64,000 nt of DNA from Mobula hypostoma (Eukaryota): contig NC_086108.1 of NCBI RefSeq assembly GCF_963921235.1, forward strand, positions 70,620,001-70,684,000, read 5' to 3'. Under the pieces are notes generated by a model that saw only the letters and a program-made list of their open reading frames with translations, did not search any database and had not been told where the DNA came from. Shown here piece after piece: positions 52,501 through 64,000 of the stretch. Numbering within the stretch: position 1 is the first letter of the stretch; each line of letters starts with the position of its first letter. Both the position numbers and the translations under genes were made by a program.

Positions 52501-52599
52501 TGATTCAAAAATGGGAAGTCAGAAATCAGGAAACAGGAACACAGTTTGTTTCCATGATTCACAGGGAAAATTTTAGAAACTAAGACATAGGTTCCTAGA

Positions 52600-53130
52600 A
52601 GTATTCAACACAATCAGGCAAAGCTGACATGGATTTGTGAAAGGATAATCATGTTTGACCATTTATTGGAGTCTAGAGCACATAGCTTTAAGGTGAGGGA
52701 AGGGGAAAGTTGTCGCATCAAAGGTTATTACAGATGATAAACGCTCATGGTATTTGAAAAATCATCGATGAGCAAACAGGAGTCAAAAGGAGGACATAAA
52801 TGAGATACGTATGACAAGGGTGTTTTCTTTAGTGGAAATTTCTAGAAGCAGGGGCCTTTGTTTAAAGATTGAAGGGTCACTCATTTAAGAAAGAGATGTG
52901 GTGATTTTTTTTTCACTTGGAGGGTGACATGGCTTTGGAACTCTCTTCCCCAAAGAGTGGTGGAAGTAGAGTCAATATTTTGAAGTCACTATCAGATAAA
53001 TCCTTGATAAACATTAAGGTTAAAGGTTTGGATCGGTACACTGAAGAGAGAAGTATGGAGAGCAAAGGCCAGGTGCAAGTAGGCTGGACTATTAGATGGG
53101 CTGAAGGGCCTGTTTCTGCCCCTGATTTTT
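52600..53130 (+). mobile_element. Old CR1 fragments
   Basis: HGFVKG..SCLT-like and CR1 3'-end-like sequence. Confidence 0.5.
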
Positions 53131-53339
53131 ACATTTATATAAAATGAATCGTGAGATGTCATTTTTAAATTCAAACTCAAATGCTCCTCTGAAGTAGATT
53201 TAATCTTTGAATTTGACCTTGTTTGCATTAAGGATTTGAATCCATATCTAAATAATTACACTAACGGGATGATGGCAGTACAGCAATGGCTGGAGTTTCT
53301 GTAAGGCACAGGATAGATACATCCCCAACATGAAGAAAT

Positions 53340-56300
53340 ATTCTAAAGGGAGGATGAGGCAACCATGGCTGACAAGGGAAGTCAAAGAAAGCACAATGCA
53401 AAAGAGAGGGCATATAATATAGCAAAAAATAGTAGGAAGTTAGAGGATTGGGAAGCTTTTAAAAACCAACAGAAGGCAACTAAAAAAAACATAAGTGGAG
53501 AGATGGTGAAATATGAAGGTAAGCTAACCAATAATATCAAAGAAAATACCAACAGATTTTGTTATAAAGAGAGATGAGAATGGATATTGGACTGCTGAAA
53601 AATAACTTTGCAGAGGTAGCAATGGGGGACAAAGAAATGGCAGACAAACTTAATAAGTATTTTGCATCAGTCTTCTCTGTGGAAGACACTTGAATGCTTG
53701 AAAGTGAGTTACTAAGGAGAAGGTGCTTGGGAAGCTGAAAGGTCTGAGGGTAGATAAGTTACCTGGAGACATGGACTACACCCCAGGGTTCTGAAATAGG
53801 TAGCTGAAAAGATTGTAGAAGCATTAGTAATGATCTTTCAAGAACACTAGATTCTGGAATGGTTCCGGAAGGTTGCAAAATGGCAAATGTCACTCCACTC
53901 TTTAATAAAGGAAGGTGGCAGAAAAAAGAGAGCTATAGGTCAGTTAGCCTGACTTCATTGGTTGGGAAGATGTTGAAGTCGATTAGTAAGGATGAGGTTT
54001 CGGGGTACTTGGAGGTGCATGATAAAATAGGCCAAAATCAGCATAGTTTCCTTCAGGGGAAATCTTGCCTGACAAAACTGTTGGAATTCTTTGAGGAAAT
54101 AACAGGCAGAACAGACAAAGGAGAGTCAGTAGATGTTGTTGACTTGAATTTTCAGAAGACCATGACTATATAACCATATAACAATTACAGCACAGAAACA
54201 GGCCATCTCGGCCCTTCTAGTCCGTGCTGAACGCTTACTCTCACCTAGTCCCACCAACCTGCACTCAGCCCATAACCCCTAATTCCTTTCCTGTCCATAT
54301 ACCTATCCAATTTTTCTTTAAACAACAATATCGAACCTGCCTCTACCACTTCTACTGGAAGCTGGTTCCACACAGCCACCACTCTCTGAGTAAAGAAGTT
54401 CCCCCTCGTGTTACCCCTAAACTTTTGCCCCCTAACTCTCAACTCATGTCCTCTTGTTTGAATCTCCCCTACTCTCAATGGAAAAAGCCTATCCATGTCA
54501 ACTCTGTCTAGCCCCCTCATAATTTTAAATACCTCTATCAAGTCTCCCCTCAACCTTCTACGCTCCAGAGAATAAACACCTAACCTGTTCAACCTTTCTC
54601 TGTAACTCAGGTGCTGAAACCCAGGTAACATTCTAGTAAATCTTCTCCGTACTCTCTTTATTTTGTTGACATCTTTCCTATAATTTGGTGACCAGAACTG
54701 TACACAATACTCCAAATTTGGCTTTACCAATACCTTGTACAATTTTAACATTACATCCCAACACCTATACTCAAAGCTCTGATTTATAAAGGCCAGCATA
54801 CCAAAAGCTTTCTTCACCACCCTATCCACATGAGATTCCACCTTCAGGGAACTATGCACCATTATTCCTAGATCCCTCTGTTCTACTGCATTCTTCAATG
54901 CCCTTCCATTTACCATGTATGTCCTATTTTGATTAGTCCTACCAAAATGTAGCACCTCACATTTATCAGCATTAAACTCCATCTGCCATCTTTCAGCCCA
55001 CTCTTTTAACTGGCCTGAATCTCTCTGCAAACTTTGAAAACCTGCTTCATTATCCACAATGCCATCTATCTTAGTATCATCTGCATACTTACTAATCCAA
55101 TTTACCACCCCATCATCCAGATCATTAATGTATATGACAAACAACATTGGACCAAGTACAGATCCCTGAGGCACATCACTAGACCTCCAACCTGACAAAC
55201 AGTTATCCACCACCACTCTCTGGCGTCTCCCATCCAGCCACTGTTGAATCCATTTTACTACTTCAATATTAATACCTAACGATTGAATCTTCCTAACTAA
55301 CTTGATAAGGTACCTCACATGAAGCTGCTTAACAAGGTAAGAGCCCGTGGTGTTATAGGAATGATATTAGCATGAAGAGAAGATTAGCTGACTGGCAGGA
55401 GGCAAAATCAGAATAAAGTGGGCCCATTCTGGTTGGCTTTTGGTTACTGGTAGTGTTCTACAGGGGTCAGTATTGGGACCGCTTGGTTTCACTTTTGTCA
55501 ATGATTTGGATGATGGAATTGATGGCTTTGTGGTCAGGTTTGCAGGCAATAGGAAGATAGGTGGAGGGGCAAGTATTGTTGAGGAAGCAGGGAGTCTGAA
55601 GAAGGACTTGGACAAATTGGGAGAATGGCAAAGAAGTGGCAGATCGAATATAGTGGAGGCAAGTGTATGCTCATGCACTTTGATAGAAGGAACAGAGGTG
55701 CAGACTATTTTCTAAACTGGGAGAAAATTCAAAATTCAGAGATGCAAAGTACTTGGGAGTCCTTATGCAGGATTCCCTAAAGGTTAACTAGCAGGTAGAG
55801 TTGGTGGTAAGGAAGGCAAGTGCAATGTTAGCATTCATTTCAAGAATATAAAAGCAAGGATATACTGCCGAGGCTTTATAAGGCATTGGTCAAACTGCAC
55901 TTGGAGTATTGTGAACAGATTTATCCAAGAAAATATGTGCTGGCTTTGAAGAAGGTCCATAGGAGGTTCACAAGAATGATTCCAGGTATGAAAGGGTTAA
56001 CATATGAGGAACGTTTGATGGCCCTGGACCTATACTCACTGGAGTTCAGAAGAATGTAGGGGAATATAATTGAAACCTATTGAATATTGAAAGATCTAGA
56101 TAGAGTGGATGTGGAGAGGATGTTTCCTATAGTGGGAGAGTCTAGGATCAGAGGGCACAGCATCAGAATAGAGGGACATAGAAGGCAAATGCAATGTTAA
56201 CATTCATTTCAAGAGGACTAGAATATAAAAGCAAGGATGTAATGTTGAGACTTTATAAAGCATTGGTGAGGACTCACTTAGAGCAGTTTTGGGCCATTTA

Positions 56301-57055
56301 ACTTAGTAAGGATATGCTGAAACTGGAGAGGGTTCAAAGGATGTTCAAAAAATGATTCCAGGTTTGAATGCCTTGTCATATGAAGAGCATTTGGTGGCTC
56401 TGGGCCTGTATTCACTAGATTTCAGAAGAATGAGGGGTGACATTATTGAAACCTATTAAATGTTGAAAGACCTTGATAGAGTGGATGTGGAGATGATGCT
56501 TCCTATGGTGGGAGAGTCTAAGACCAGAGGACACAGCCTCAGAATAGAGGGGCGTTCTTTTGGAGGAGGAACTTCTTTAGCCAGTGAGTGGTGAATCTGT
56601 GGAATTCTTTGCCACAGGCGGCTGTGGAAGCCAAGTCTGCATGTATATTGTAAAGCAGAGGTTGATAGATTCTTGATTGCTCAGGGCATGAAGGGATACA
56701 GGGAGAAGTTTGGAGACTGGGGCTGAGAGGAAAAATGGATCAGCCATGATGAAATGCTGGAGCAGACTCGATGGGCCAAATGGCCTAATTCTTCTCCTGT
56801 GTCTTATGGACATCCATTTAGAACAGAGATCAGAAGGAATTTCTTCAGCCAGACGGTGGCTAAGGATGGCAGAGGAGACCAAGTCATTGAATATATTTAA
56901 AGTGGAGGTTGATAGGTTCTTGGTTGGTCAGGGCATCATAGGTTACTTGCAGAAGGCAGGTGAATGGGGTTGATTATAAATCAGCCATGATGGAATGGCA
57001 GAGCAGACATGATGAACCTAGTGGCCTAATTTGTTTCTATGTCTTACATCCTTAT
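53340..57055 (+). mobile_element. CR1 LINE host, interrupted at about 54165-55301 and about 56180-56810
   Basis: ORF relics ANVTPLFNKG..YRSVSLTS..GKSCLTKLLEFFEE, QGSVLGP and a 3' end; a second related 3' copy is nested at about 56180-56810. Confidence 0.88.
54166..55301 (-). mobile_element. Young 5'-truncated CR1 LINE with open RT C-terminal frame
   Basis: ORF 54245..55318 (357 aa) with VPQGSVLGP, YINDL, KYADDTK, WQMEFNADKC; tail TATATGGTTATATAG. Confidence 0.95.
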
Positions 57056-57199
57056 GGTATTATAATTGGAATACAGTAGAGATTCAAATCTCAGTTGCTG
57101 GGTCATACCAACCAACACTTTATCCTATCCCACTATAACTCTTCCAAAATGTTCGTCCTAGCTACTGGTGATGTTTCCTGCAAATTCCTATTAATAGTC

Positions 57200-57525
57200 A
57201 TAGAGAGATACAGAGTACTTCAGTCCACTGAACCCATGCTGACTATCAATCACACATTTACACCAATCCCAGTTTAATTCTCTCCATATTCTCTTCAACT
57301 GTCCAGATTCTACCCCTTACCTGCATGCTAGGGACAAATTACAGAGCCCAATTAACCTACCAACATGCATACATTAGGGATGTGGGATAACACTGGAACG
57401 TCTGGGGGAAACCCATGTGGTCACAGGGAGAAGGTGCAAACCCCACACTGACAGTAGCCAAGGTCAGGATTAAACCTGGGTCTCTGTTACTATGAGGCAG
57501 AGGCTCTATTAGCCATGCCACTTTA
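57200..57525 (-). mobile_element. V-SINE-like element
   Basis: GGAAACCCATGTGGTCACAGGGAGAAGGTGCAAAC (reverse V-domain) and a tRNA-like head at about 57460-57520. Confidence 0.75.
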
Positions 57526-58367
57526 AAAGAGATTTGTACATATATTCAGTCAAGCATTTTGCAAAGTATTCCACAGCCGACTTCAGTTGTCACTTTCTTA
57601 AAACAAAATCTCAAGGAAATTAATGAGATGCAATCTTACGTTGAACTTCATTTGCAAATTCTCAGCTGATGGAGCTACCTCAATGTCACCAAGACAACAA
57701 CCCGGCCTGGGCTGACAAATGGAAGATAAATACGTTTAACTTATCCAAATCTTCAAAAGTCACCACCATTCCCAGCCTCCAAACAAATAATATCCACAGA
57801 ATCCCCTACAGATAAAAGATCATTTTTCTTCCAATGTACCCTACCCTTTGACTGCAATGAATGCTGATGGAATATGCATTACTTGCCCCAAAGGACAAAG
57901 CTCTGACAAAACTAACCACTCTGCACCCTCCAGTATTGAGCATTTATTTGATAGTTATTTGACTCATTATTCTGTTTTGTTTCGGGAGAACACTAAGAGG
58001 AAAGAAATATAATACAATGGAATCACTCATTGCAAACTTTTCCTACAAGTCACTTATCCAATGATATTGTGATGAGGGGAAATGCCCAGTTATAGTGTCT
58101 TTAAAGTATCTTTACCACAAGGAACAGTATCATTTATATTTATTGAAGTACATAAAGTATTCACTGGCAGAGTATAAAAATGTCAAATAAGTTTAAGCTA
58201 ATTTTCTCACTTACAGCTTTGTAAAGGAGGTAAACTGGAAAGTGCTTTACACTATTCTTCCTAAAGTGGGCAAATGATGTAAATTGATGTTTTGTTTAGG
58301 AATGGAATTGTTTATGAACCTTTTATTAGAAGGTGCTAAATGATAGAAATCTGTTGGAGAAGATATA

Positions 58368-58869
58368 CACTGAATTGTCACTTCTTTAATTACATACGGG
58401 ACCTAATAAAGTGGCCACTCGGAATATGTTCATGGTCTTCTGCTGCTGTAGCCCATCAACTCCAAGGTTCAACATGCTGTGTGTTCAGAGATGCTCTTCA
58501 GCACAGCACTGTTATAACACATTCTCCTCTGGCCTCTCTCATTAACAAGGCATTTTCACCCACCCACAGAACTGCTGCTCAACTGGATTTTCCCCCCCTT
58601 TTACACCATTCTCTATAAAATCTCAAATGCATGAAAATCCTAGGAGATCTGCAGTTTCTGAGATACTCAAACCACCCTGTCTGACACCAACAGTCATTCC
58701 ACAGTCGAAGTCATTTGTAAATGTTGTTCAGACCATTCTGGTGTTTGGTCTGAACAAGACTGAACCTCTTGACCATGTCTGCATGCTTTATACATTGAGT
58801 TGCTGCCATATGATTGTCTAATAAGACAAGCAGGTCTACAGACGTCCTTAATAAAATGGCCACTGAGTG
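58368..58869. mobile_element. Non-autonomous Tc1-like element (MITE)
   Basis: TA-flanked degenerate TIRs (CACTGAATTGTCACTT / TAATAAAATGGCCACTGAGTG) with an internal TAATAAAGTGGCCACT repeat. Confidence 0.7.
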
Positions 58870-59581
58870 TATTTATGTTAGACACACTCATTTGAGTAGA
58901 GAAAATAAGTATACTTGCAACTACATCATGTATCTTAGTCTGTTTGCTAAAGTTAAGTTTGACGGATTCCTGTAAAAAAGATACAGAAAACAAAATATGG
59001 TCGGCAAATTAGTCAGATCTGCTCTGGATTAAAATAACATGGAAAATCTTCTCAAAGTTGTTCCAGAAATTTGCACCTCTGCAATTTGTCATGATTGTAG
59101 CTATAGGGAGTTTGTGTGGAGAAGCAATGTGTGTGCTTGTCTTTGTGCTACAAGCATTTGTCCACAATAGATGCAGATTAATATTTTTAAAATCCAATTA
59201 ACATCAAAAATGCATTAAAAACAAAATGCATGTTGGCATTTATCATACTCAGAGTGTAATTAAATGTTTGAAAATTTTGGAATTGCACAGGATACACAAC
59301 AGATAGCTTTTGACTCAACATGAGCATGCTGGCAGTTATGCTTGTTTCAAGTCTCCTCATGTTCTTCCTATCCAAAATGTTATCAGCATGACTGCCTCCT
59401 TCCAGGTTATATATTTCACAATCTTATGACTTTAACCCTTTCTCTTCTCAGAAGAATATAAAACATAAAATCCAACTTCCCCTTAATTATATCTCTATTG
59501 GTCACCTCAACCATTCTGTCGTAGTGAGTTTCGAATGAACACTCCATTGTGTATTTATAGCCACCCAACTCTCTACCTATG

Positions 59582-60700
59582 GCAACACACATAAAAGTTG
59601 CTGGTGAACGCAGCAGGCCAGGTAGCATCTCTAGGAAGAGGTACAGTCGACGTTTCAGGCTGAGACCCTTCGTCAGGACTAACTGAAGGAAGAGCTAGTA
59701 AGAGATTTGAAAGTGAGGGGGGAGGGGGAGATCCGAAATGATGGGAGAAGACAGGAGGGGGAGGGATGGAGCCAAGTGCTGGACAGTTGATTGACAAAAG
59801 GGATATGAGAGGATCATGGGACAGGAGGCCCAGGGAGAAAGAAAAGGGGGAGGGGGAAAAAACAAGAGGATGGGCAAGGGGTATAGTGAGGGGGATAGAG
59901 GGAGAAAAAGGAGCGAGAGATAAAGAGTATGTGTATATAAATAAATAACGGATGGGGTACGAGGGGGAGGTGGGGCATTAGCGGAAGTTTGAGAAGTCAA
60001 TATTCATGCCATCAGGTTGGAGGCTGCTCAGACGGAATATAAGGTGTTGTTCTTCCAACCTGAATGTGGCTTCATCTTTACAGTAGAGGAGGCCGTGGAT
60101 AGACATATCAAAATGGGAATGGGATGTGGAATTAAAATGTGTGGCCACTAGGAGATCCTGCTTTCTCTGGCGGACAGAGCATCGGTGTTCAGCAAAACGA
60201 TCTCCCAGTCTGTGTCGGGTCTCACCAATATATAGAAGGCTGCATCGGGAGCACCGGACGCAGTATATCACCCCAGTCGACTCACAGGTGAAGTGTCACC
60301 TCACCTGGAAGGACTGTCTGGGGCCCTGAATGATAGTGAGGGAGGAAGTGTAAGGGCATATGTACCACTTGTTCCACTTACAAGGATAAGTGCCAGGAGG
60401 GAGATTGGTGGGAGGGATGGGGGGGGACGAATGGACAAGGGAGTCGCGTAGGGAGCGATCCCTGCGGAAAGCAGAAGTGGGGGGGAGGGAAAGATGTACT
60501 TAGTGGTGGGATCCCGTTGGAGGGTTTTTTTTAAATTGCTAATGTATTGAAATTTGAAAGTAAACAATATACAGGTTCCCTCCGCCCGAAACGTCGACTG
60601 TACCTCTTCCTAGAGATGCTGCCTGGCCTGCTGCATTCACCAGCAACTTTGATGTGTGTTGCTTGAAATTCCAGCATCTGCAGATTTCCACGTGTTTGCG
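59582..60700 (-). mobile_element. Penelope-like element with inverted tail copy at its 5' end
   Basis: GIY-YIG relic ORF 59978..60271; body 59582-60523, filler about 60524-60580, inverted tail 60581-60700; 14-bp flanking repeat TCTCTACC(T/A)ATGGC at 59570-59583 and 60701-60714. Confidence 0.92.
59644..59681 (-). ncRNA. Minimal type I hammerhead ribozyme motif (intact core)
   Basis: UAGUC-CUGACGA-A-GGGU CUCA GCCU-GAAAC-GUC-GACUG. Confidence 0.72.
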
Positions 60701-61039
60701 TCTCTACCAATGGCTGCATTTTCACCTTTTTAAACAGAGCCCCCTTTCCAAAAATATGTCTAATTGCCTACTCCTATATTTTATCTTAACCCAATTTTAA
60801 ATTACTCTTAAAGCATTTGAAACTCAATTGCCAGTAATTTACTGAGGACTGTAAAGGCCCCAGTTTTAATGTGAGTGCTTTTAGAAATAGATACATACTT
60901 TAAGATTATCTTCCAGTTCCATTCGGGAATTGTCTCTAGCACAGTTGGTGCATTCGCCTTTCTAATGCCTTTAGTCCATGGTTCGAAGTTACTCAGGCTG
61001 TGCCACTATTTTGGGAAAGGAGAGCTCGGTGTAATTTTA

Positions 61040-62030
61040 ACATTTGACATTAGTGTAAAACGGACGACATTGACCCCTTTCGACCTTCCATTCCTTTGAT
61101 GTCAAAGCAAGATTATTCAAAGGGGTTTAACTATTACAAGTAAGTCGTGGAGCTTGAAGGCAGACTAAAGACAACCTTTTCGACCCGATCTCGAATACAC
61201 TTTAAGAAAACGGGAGAGAAGTTACTTTAGTCACTAAGTGACTAAAAAGAATGTTTCATTTTGATGACTGTTGGCAAACAGTAAGCATCAATTAAATTCG
61301 TGGTATTTTTGTGCTTATTGCGACGGTTTTGCGGCATTGTCTGCGCTGACCGGGGCAGCCTGGGGTTGCGTTACGACTCTGAAAGGGATCTATCTCGGCC
61401 CATTAACAGTGATGCAGGAATCTGCTTCGAAACGGTCAAATTTTGCTGCTGCCCTGCCTAAATTTAGTTTCCTTTTATTGTTCGCAACTATGTTTCTCAC
61501 CGCAGCCATGGTGATTTTCTTTCTCGTTCTCCCCTCCGAAGAAAAGAACAAAGATTTTTATAGTTTTAAAACAGTAAACATCAGAGGCAAGTTAATTTCA
61601 CTGGAGAAGTACAGAGGGTCGGTAAGTTAGCAACTCCACGCTGTAATTAACCTGGCACGGTAATGGACATTGCAAAGTTAACCATTTAATGAAACAAAAC
61701 TTAAACCTTACGAGTAAATCTAAGCTTCGAGAATAGATGCTCTAACAGAAAAATCAGTTGACTGCTGCATCGGTAAACCCAGGAGCGGCGGAGGGGCCCT
61801 TTGAGGGCTCTGACCGTATACGTGGCATCGTCAATTAAAAAAAATAACCTTTCTTCCCAGTCGTGCACACTTACCGCTGGAAAACATATAGATATGCTTA
61901 AAAGCGCTGAAAAGCAATCTTACAATATCTTACACAAGTTAGCGAATGCTTCGGGCCAATCGATTGCATTTGATAAAATCCAGCCATCGCTTTCTAAAAC
62001 TAACTAGTCGTGTTTGAACATTCAATCGTA
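61040..62030. promoter_or_regulatory. CpG-enriched GPX7 promoter / exon 1 region
   Basis: Locally elevated CpG in non-repetitive sequence around the GPX7 first exon. Confidence 0.55.
61412..61621 (+). CDS. GPX7: GPX7 (glutathione peroxidase 7) first coding exon; in-frame ATGs at 61412, 61490 and 61508
   Basis: DFYSFKTVNIRGKLISLEKYRGS resembles GPX7 (DFYDFKAVNIRGKLVSLEKYRGS) after a hydrophobic leader; donor TCG|GTAAGT at 61622; divergent from TUT4 as in mammals. Confidence 0.9.
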
Positions 62031-62519
62031 GATTAACAGATTAATACAGTTTAGAGGAAGCCTTTGGGTCCATTCTGTTGATTATTACAACTGACCAGTT
62101 ATTTCACTGTTTTTCAGAGTAATATTTTTGCCTTTGATTTCTTTTTTTCATTTGATGGATTCTTTACACGGGCATATTCTTTACACTTTATTCGAGGGAT
62201 CTCACTAACTTCAAATACTTTTAAACAGTCCTTCTGATGCATCTAATTATTTTGCTGGTTAAATCTTTGTCCTCTTGTTGATAACTTTCGGCTCCCAGAA
62301 GCAATTTCTTCTCCCTCTGTCAAATACCCCTTAACCACCTCTGTCCGAAGGAATTGATTCTGGCTTCTCTAGATTCTCCATGAAACTGATGTTGCTTATC
62401 CTGGTTCAATTCTCTTAATCCCTTCTGCACATTCTCTCTGATTTCAATCCTCCAGAAGCACGGTGAGCAGAATTCGGCAGCAGCCTAACCGATGATCTTT
62501 AAAAGCTAAATAGATATGT

Positions 62520-63030
62520 TTCAGAATCAGATTTATCATCACTAACTTAATGATGTAAAATGTTGTTTTGTGTGATAGTATAGTGCAAAGACATAAAACT
62601 ACAAAGATGAATAGTGCAAAAAGAAGGAATAATGAGGCATTGTCCATGGGATCACTGTTAAGAGGTCTGATGGCAGAGGGGGAAAAGCTATTTCTGAATG
62701 GTTGAGTGTAGGCCAGGCTTCTCCAATGGTAGTAGTGAGAAGAAGGCATATCCCAGATGGTGAGAACTAACTTTAGAGACGGATGCTGCCTTCTTGAAGC
62801 ACTGCCTCTTGAAGATGCCCTCAATAGTGGGGAGGGTTTTGTGCCTGTGATGGGATTGACTGACTCTACAACCGTCTGCAGCCCCTTGCAATACAATCAT
62901 GTGCATTGGAGCCTCCATATCAAACTGTGATTCACACAGTCAGAGTGCTCCCCACTGTACATCTATAGAAATGTGAAGTGGCTCTGGTGAAATACTGTAC
63001 CTCCTCAAACTTGTAACAGAGTAGAGCTGC
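62520..63030 (-). mobile_element. Rex1-like LINE 3' fragment in GPX7 intron 1
   Basis: LPTIEGIFKRQCFKKAAS..FSLLP and FRNSFSPSAIR relics. Confidence 0.75.
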
Positions 63031-63267
63031 TGGTGTTTTTGCACTGTGCCAATAAGGCCAAGGAAACCATTTGCTCAACTATTCATTGTGTTCCTGCATC
63101 TTTTTAAAAATCATATCAATTACAGTAGTTCATGTTGCTTCTTTCTAAAAAAGTTGTCATGAAAGCATATTTCTTTATGTTAAATTCCAAGTGGCATTAA
63201 ACTCAACTCATTCATCTAGTTATGTCATTTCGAAATGTTATTACTATTAATTATTATTATTATTAAG

Positions 63268-63997
63268 AAAACAACCTCTCCCTCATTGTCAGAAAAACAA
63301 AGGAGCTGGTTGTGGATTACAGGAGGAATGGAGATGGGTTAACCCCTATTAACATCAATGGATCTGGGGTTGAGAGGGTGAACAGCTTTAAGTTCCTCAG
63401 CATAAAAATCACGGAGGATCTCACATGGTCTGTACAAACTGGCTGTGTGGTGAAAAAAGCACAACAGCACTTCTTTCACCTCAGACGGTTGAGGAAGTTT
63501 GATATGGGCCCCCAAATCCTAAGAACTTTCTACAGGGGCACAATTGAGAGTATCCTGACTGGCTGCATCACTGCCTGGTGTGGGAACTGTACCTCCCTCA
63601 ATCACAGGATTCTATAGAGAGTAGTGTGGACAGCCCAGCACATCTGTAGTTGTGAACTTCCCATGATTCAGGACATTTACAAGGACAGGTGTGAAAAAAG
63701 GGCCCATAGGATCATTGGGGACCCGAGTCACCCCAACCATATTCTATATTCCAGCTGCTACCATCTGGGAAACAGTACCGCAGCATAAAATCCAGGATCA
63801 ACAGGCTCTGGGACCGGTTCTTCCACCAGGCCATCAGACTGATTAACTCATGCTGATTTGAGTGTATTTCTATGTTACAATGACTGTTCTATTTATTATA
63901 AATTTCTATGATTGCACATTTAGATGGAGATGTAATGTAAAGATTTTTACTCCTCATGTATGTGAAGGATGTAAGAAATAAAGTCAATTCAATTCAA
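63268..63997 (+). mobile_element. Rex1/Babar-like LINE 3' fragment with (CAATT)n tail
   Basis: ORF 63312..63617 VERVNSFKFL..TIESILTGCITAW; AATAAAGTCAATTCAATTCAAT end. Confidence 0.88.
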
Positions 63998-64000
63998 TAT

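Noticed and set aside
61271..61411. ORF-track start at TTG 61271 for GPX7
   Set aside because: A non-ATG start from the ORF caller; the first in-frame ATG is 61412.

Overview
AT-rich, repeat-dense vertebrate genomic DNA. The repeat set (V-SINEs, CR1, Rex1/Babar-like LINEs, Penelope-like elements) suggests a cartilaginous fish, probably a ray; this is inference. The minus strand carries the 5' half of TUT4 (ZCCHC11, terminal uridylyltransferase 4): a probable non-coding exon 1 in a CpG island at about 41 kb and 12 phase-consistent coding exons from 27042 down to 172. The gene runs off the left edge through a GC-type donor. The first coding exon of GPX7 lies on the plus strand at about 61.4-61.6 kb, divergent from TUT4. 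The rest is mostly transposable elements. Main findings: (1) a Penelope-like (GIY-YIG) family whose tail encodes a minimal hammerhead ribozyme, plus short fold-back derivatives with about 11-14 bp target duplications whose breakpoints cluster at the ribozyme; (2) a multi-layer TE nest whose outer TA-flanked DNA transposon contains a 28S rRNA 5' fragment; (3) an in-frame GPX8-like signal-anchor extension on GPX7; (4) overlapping uORFs and a GC donor in TUT4. Everything was read by eye; repeat boundaries without a stated TIR or TSD are approximate.
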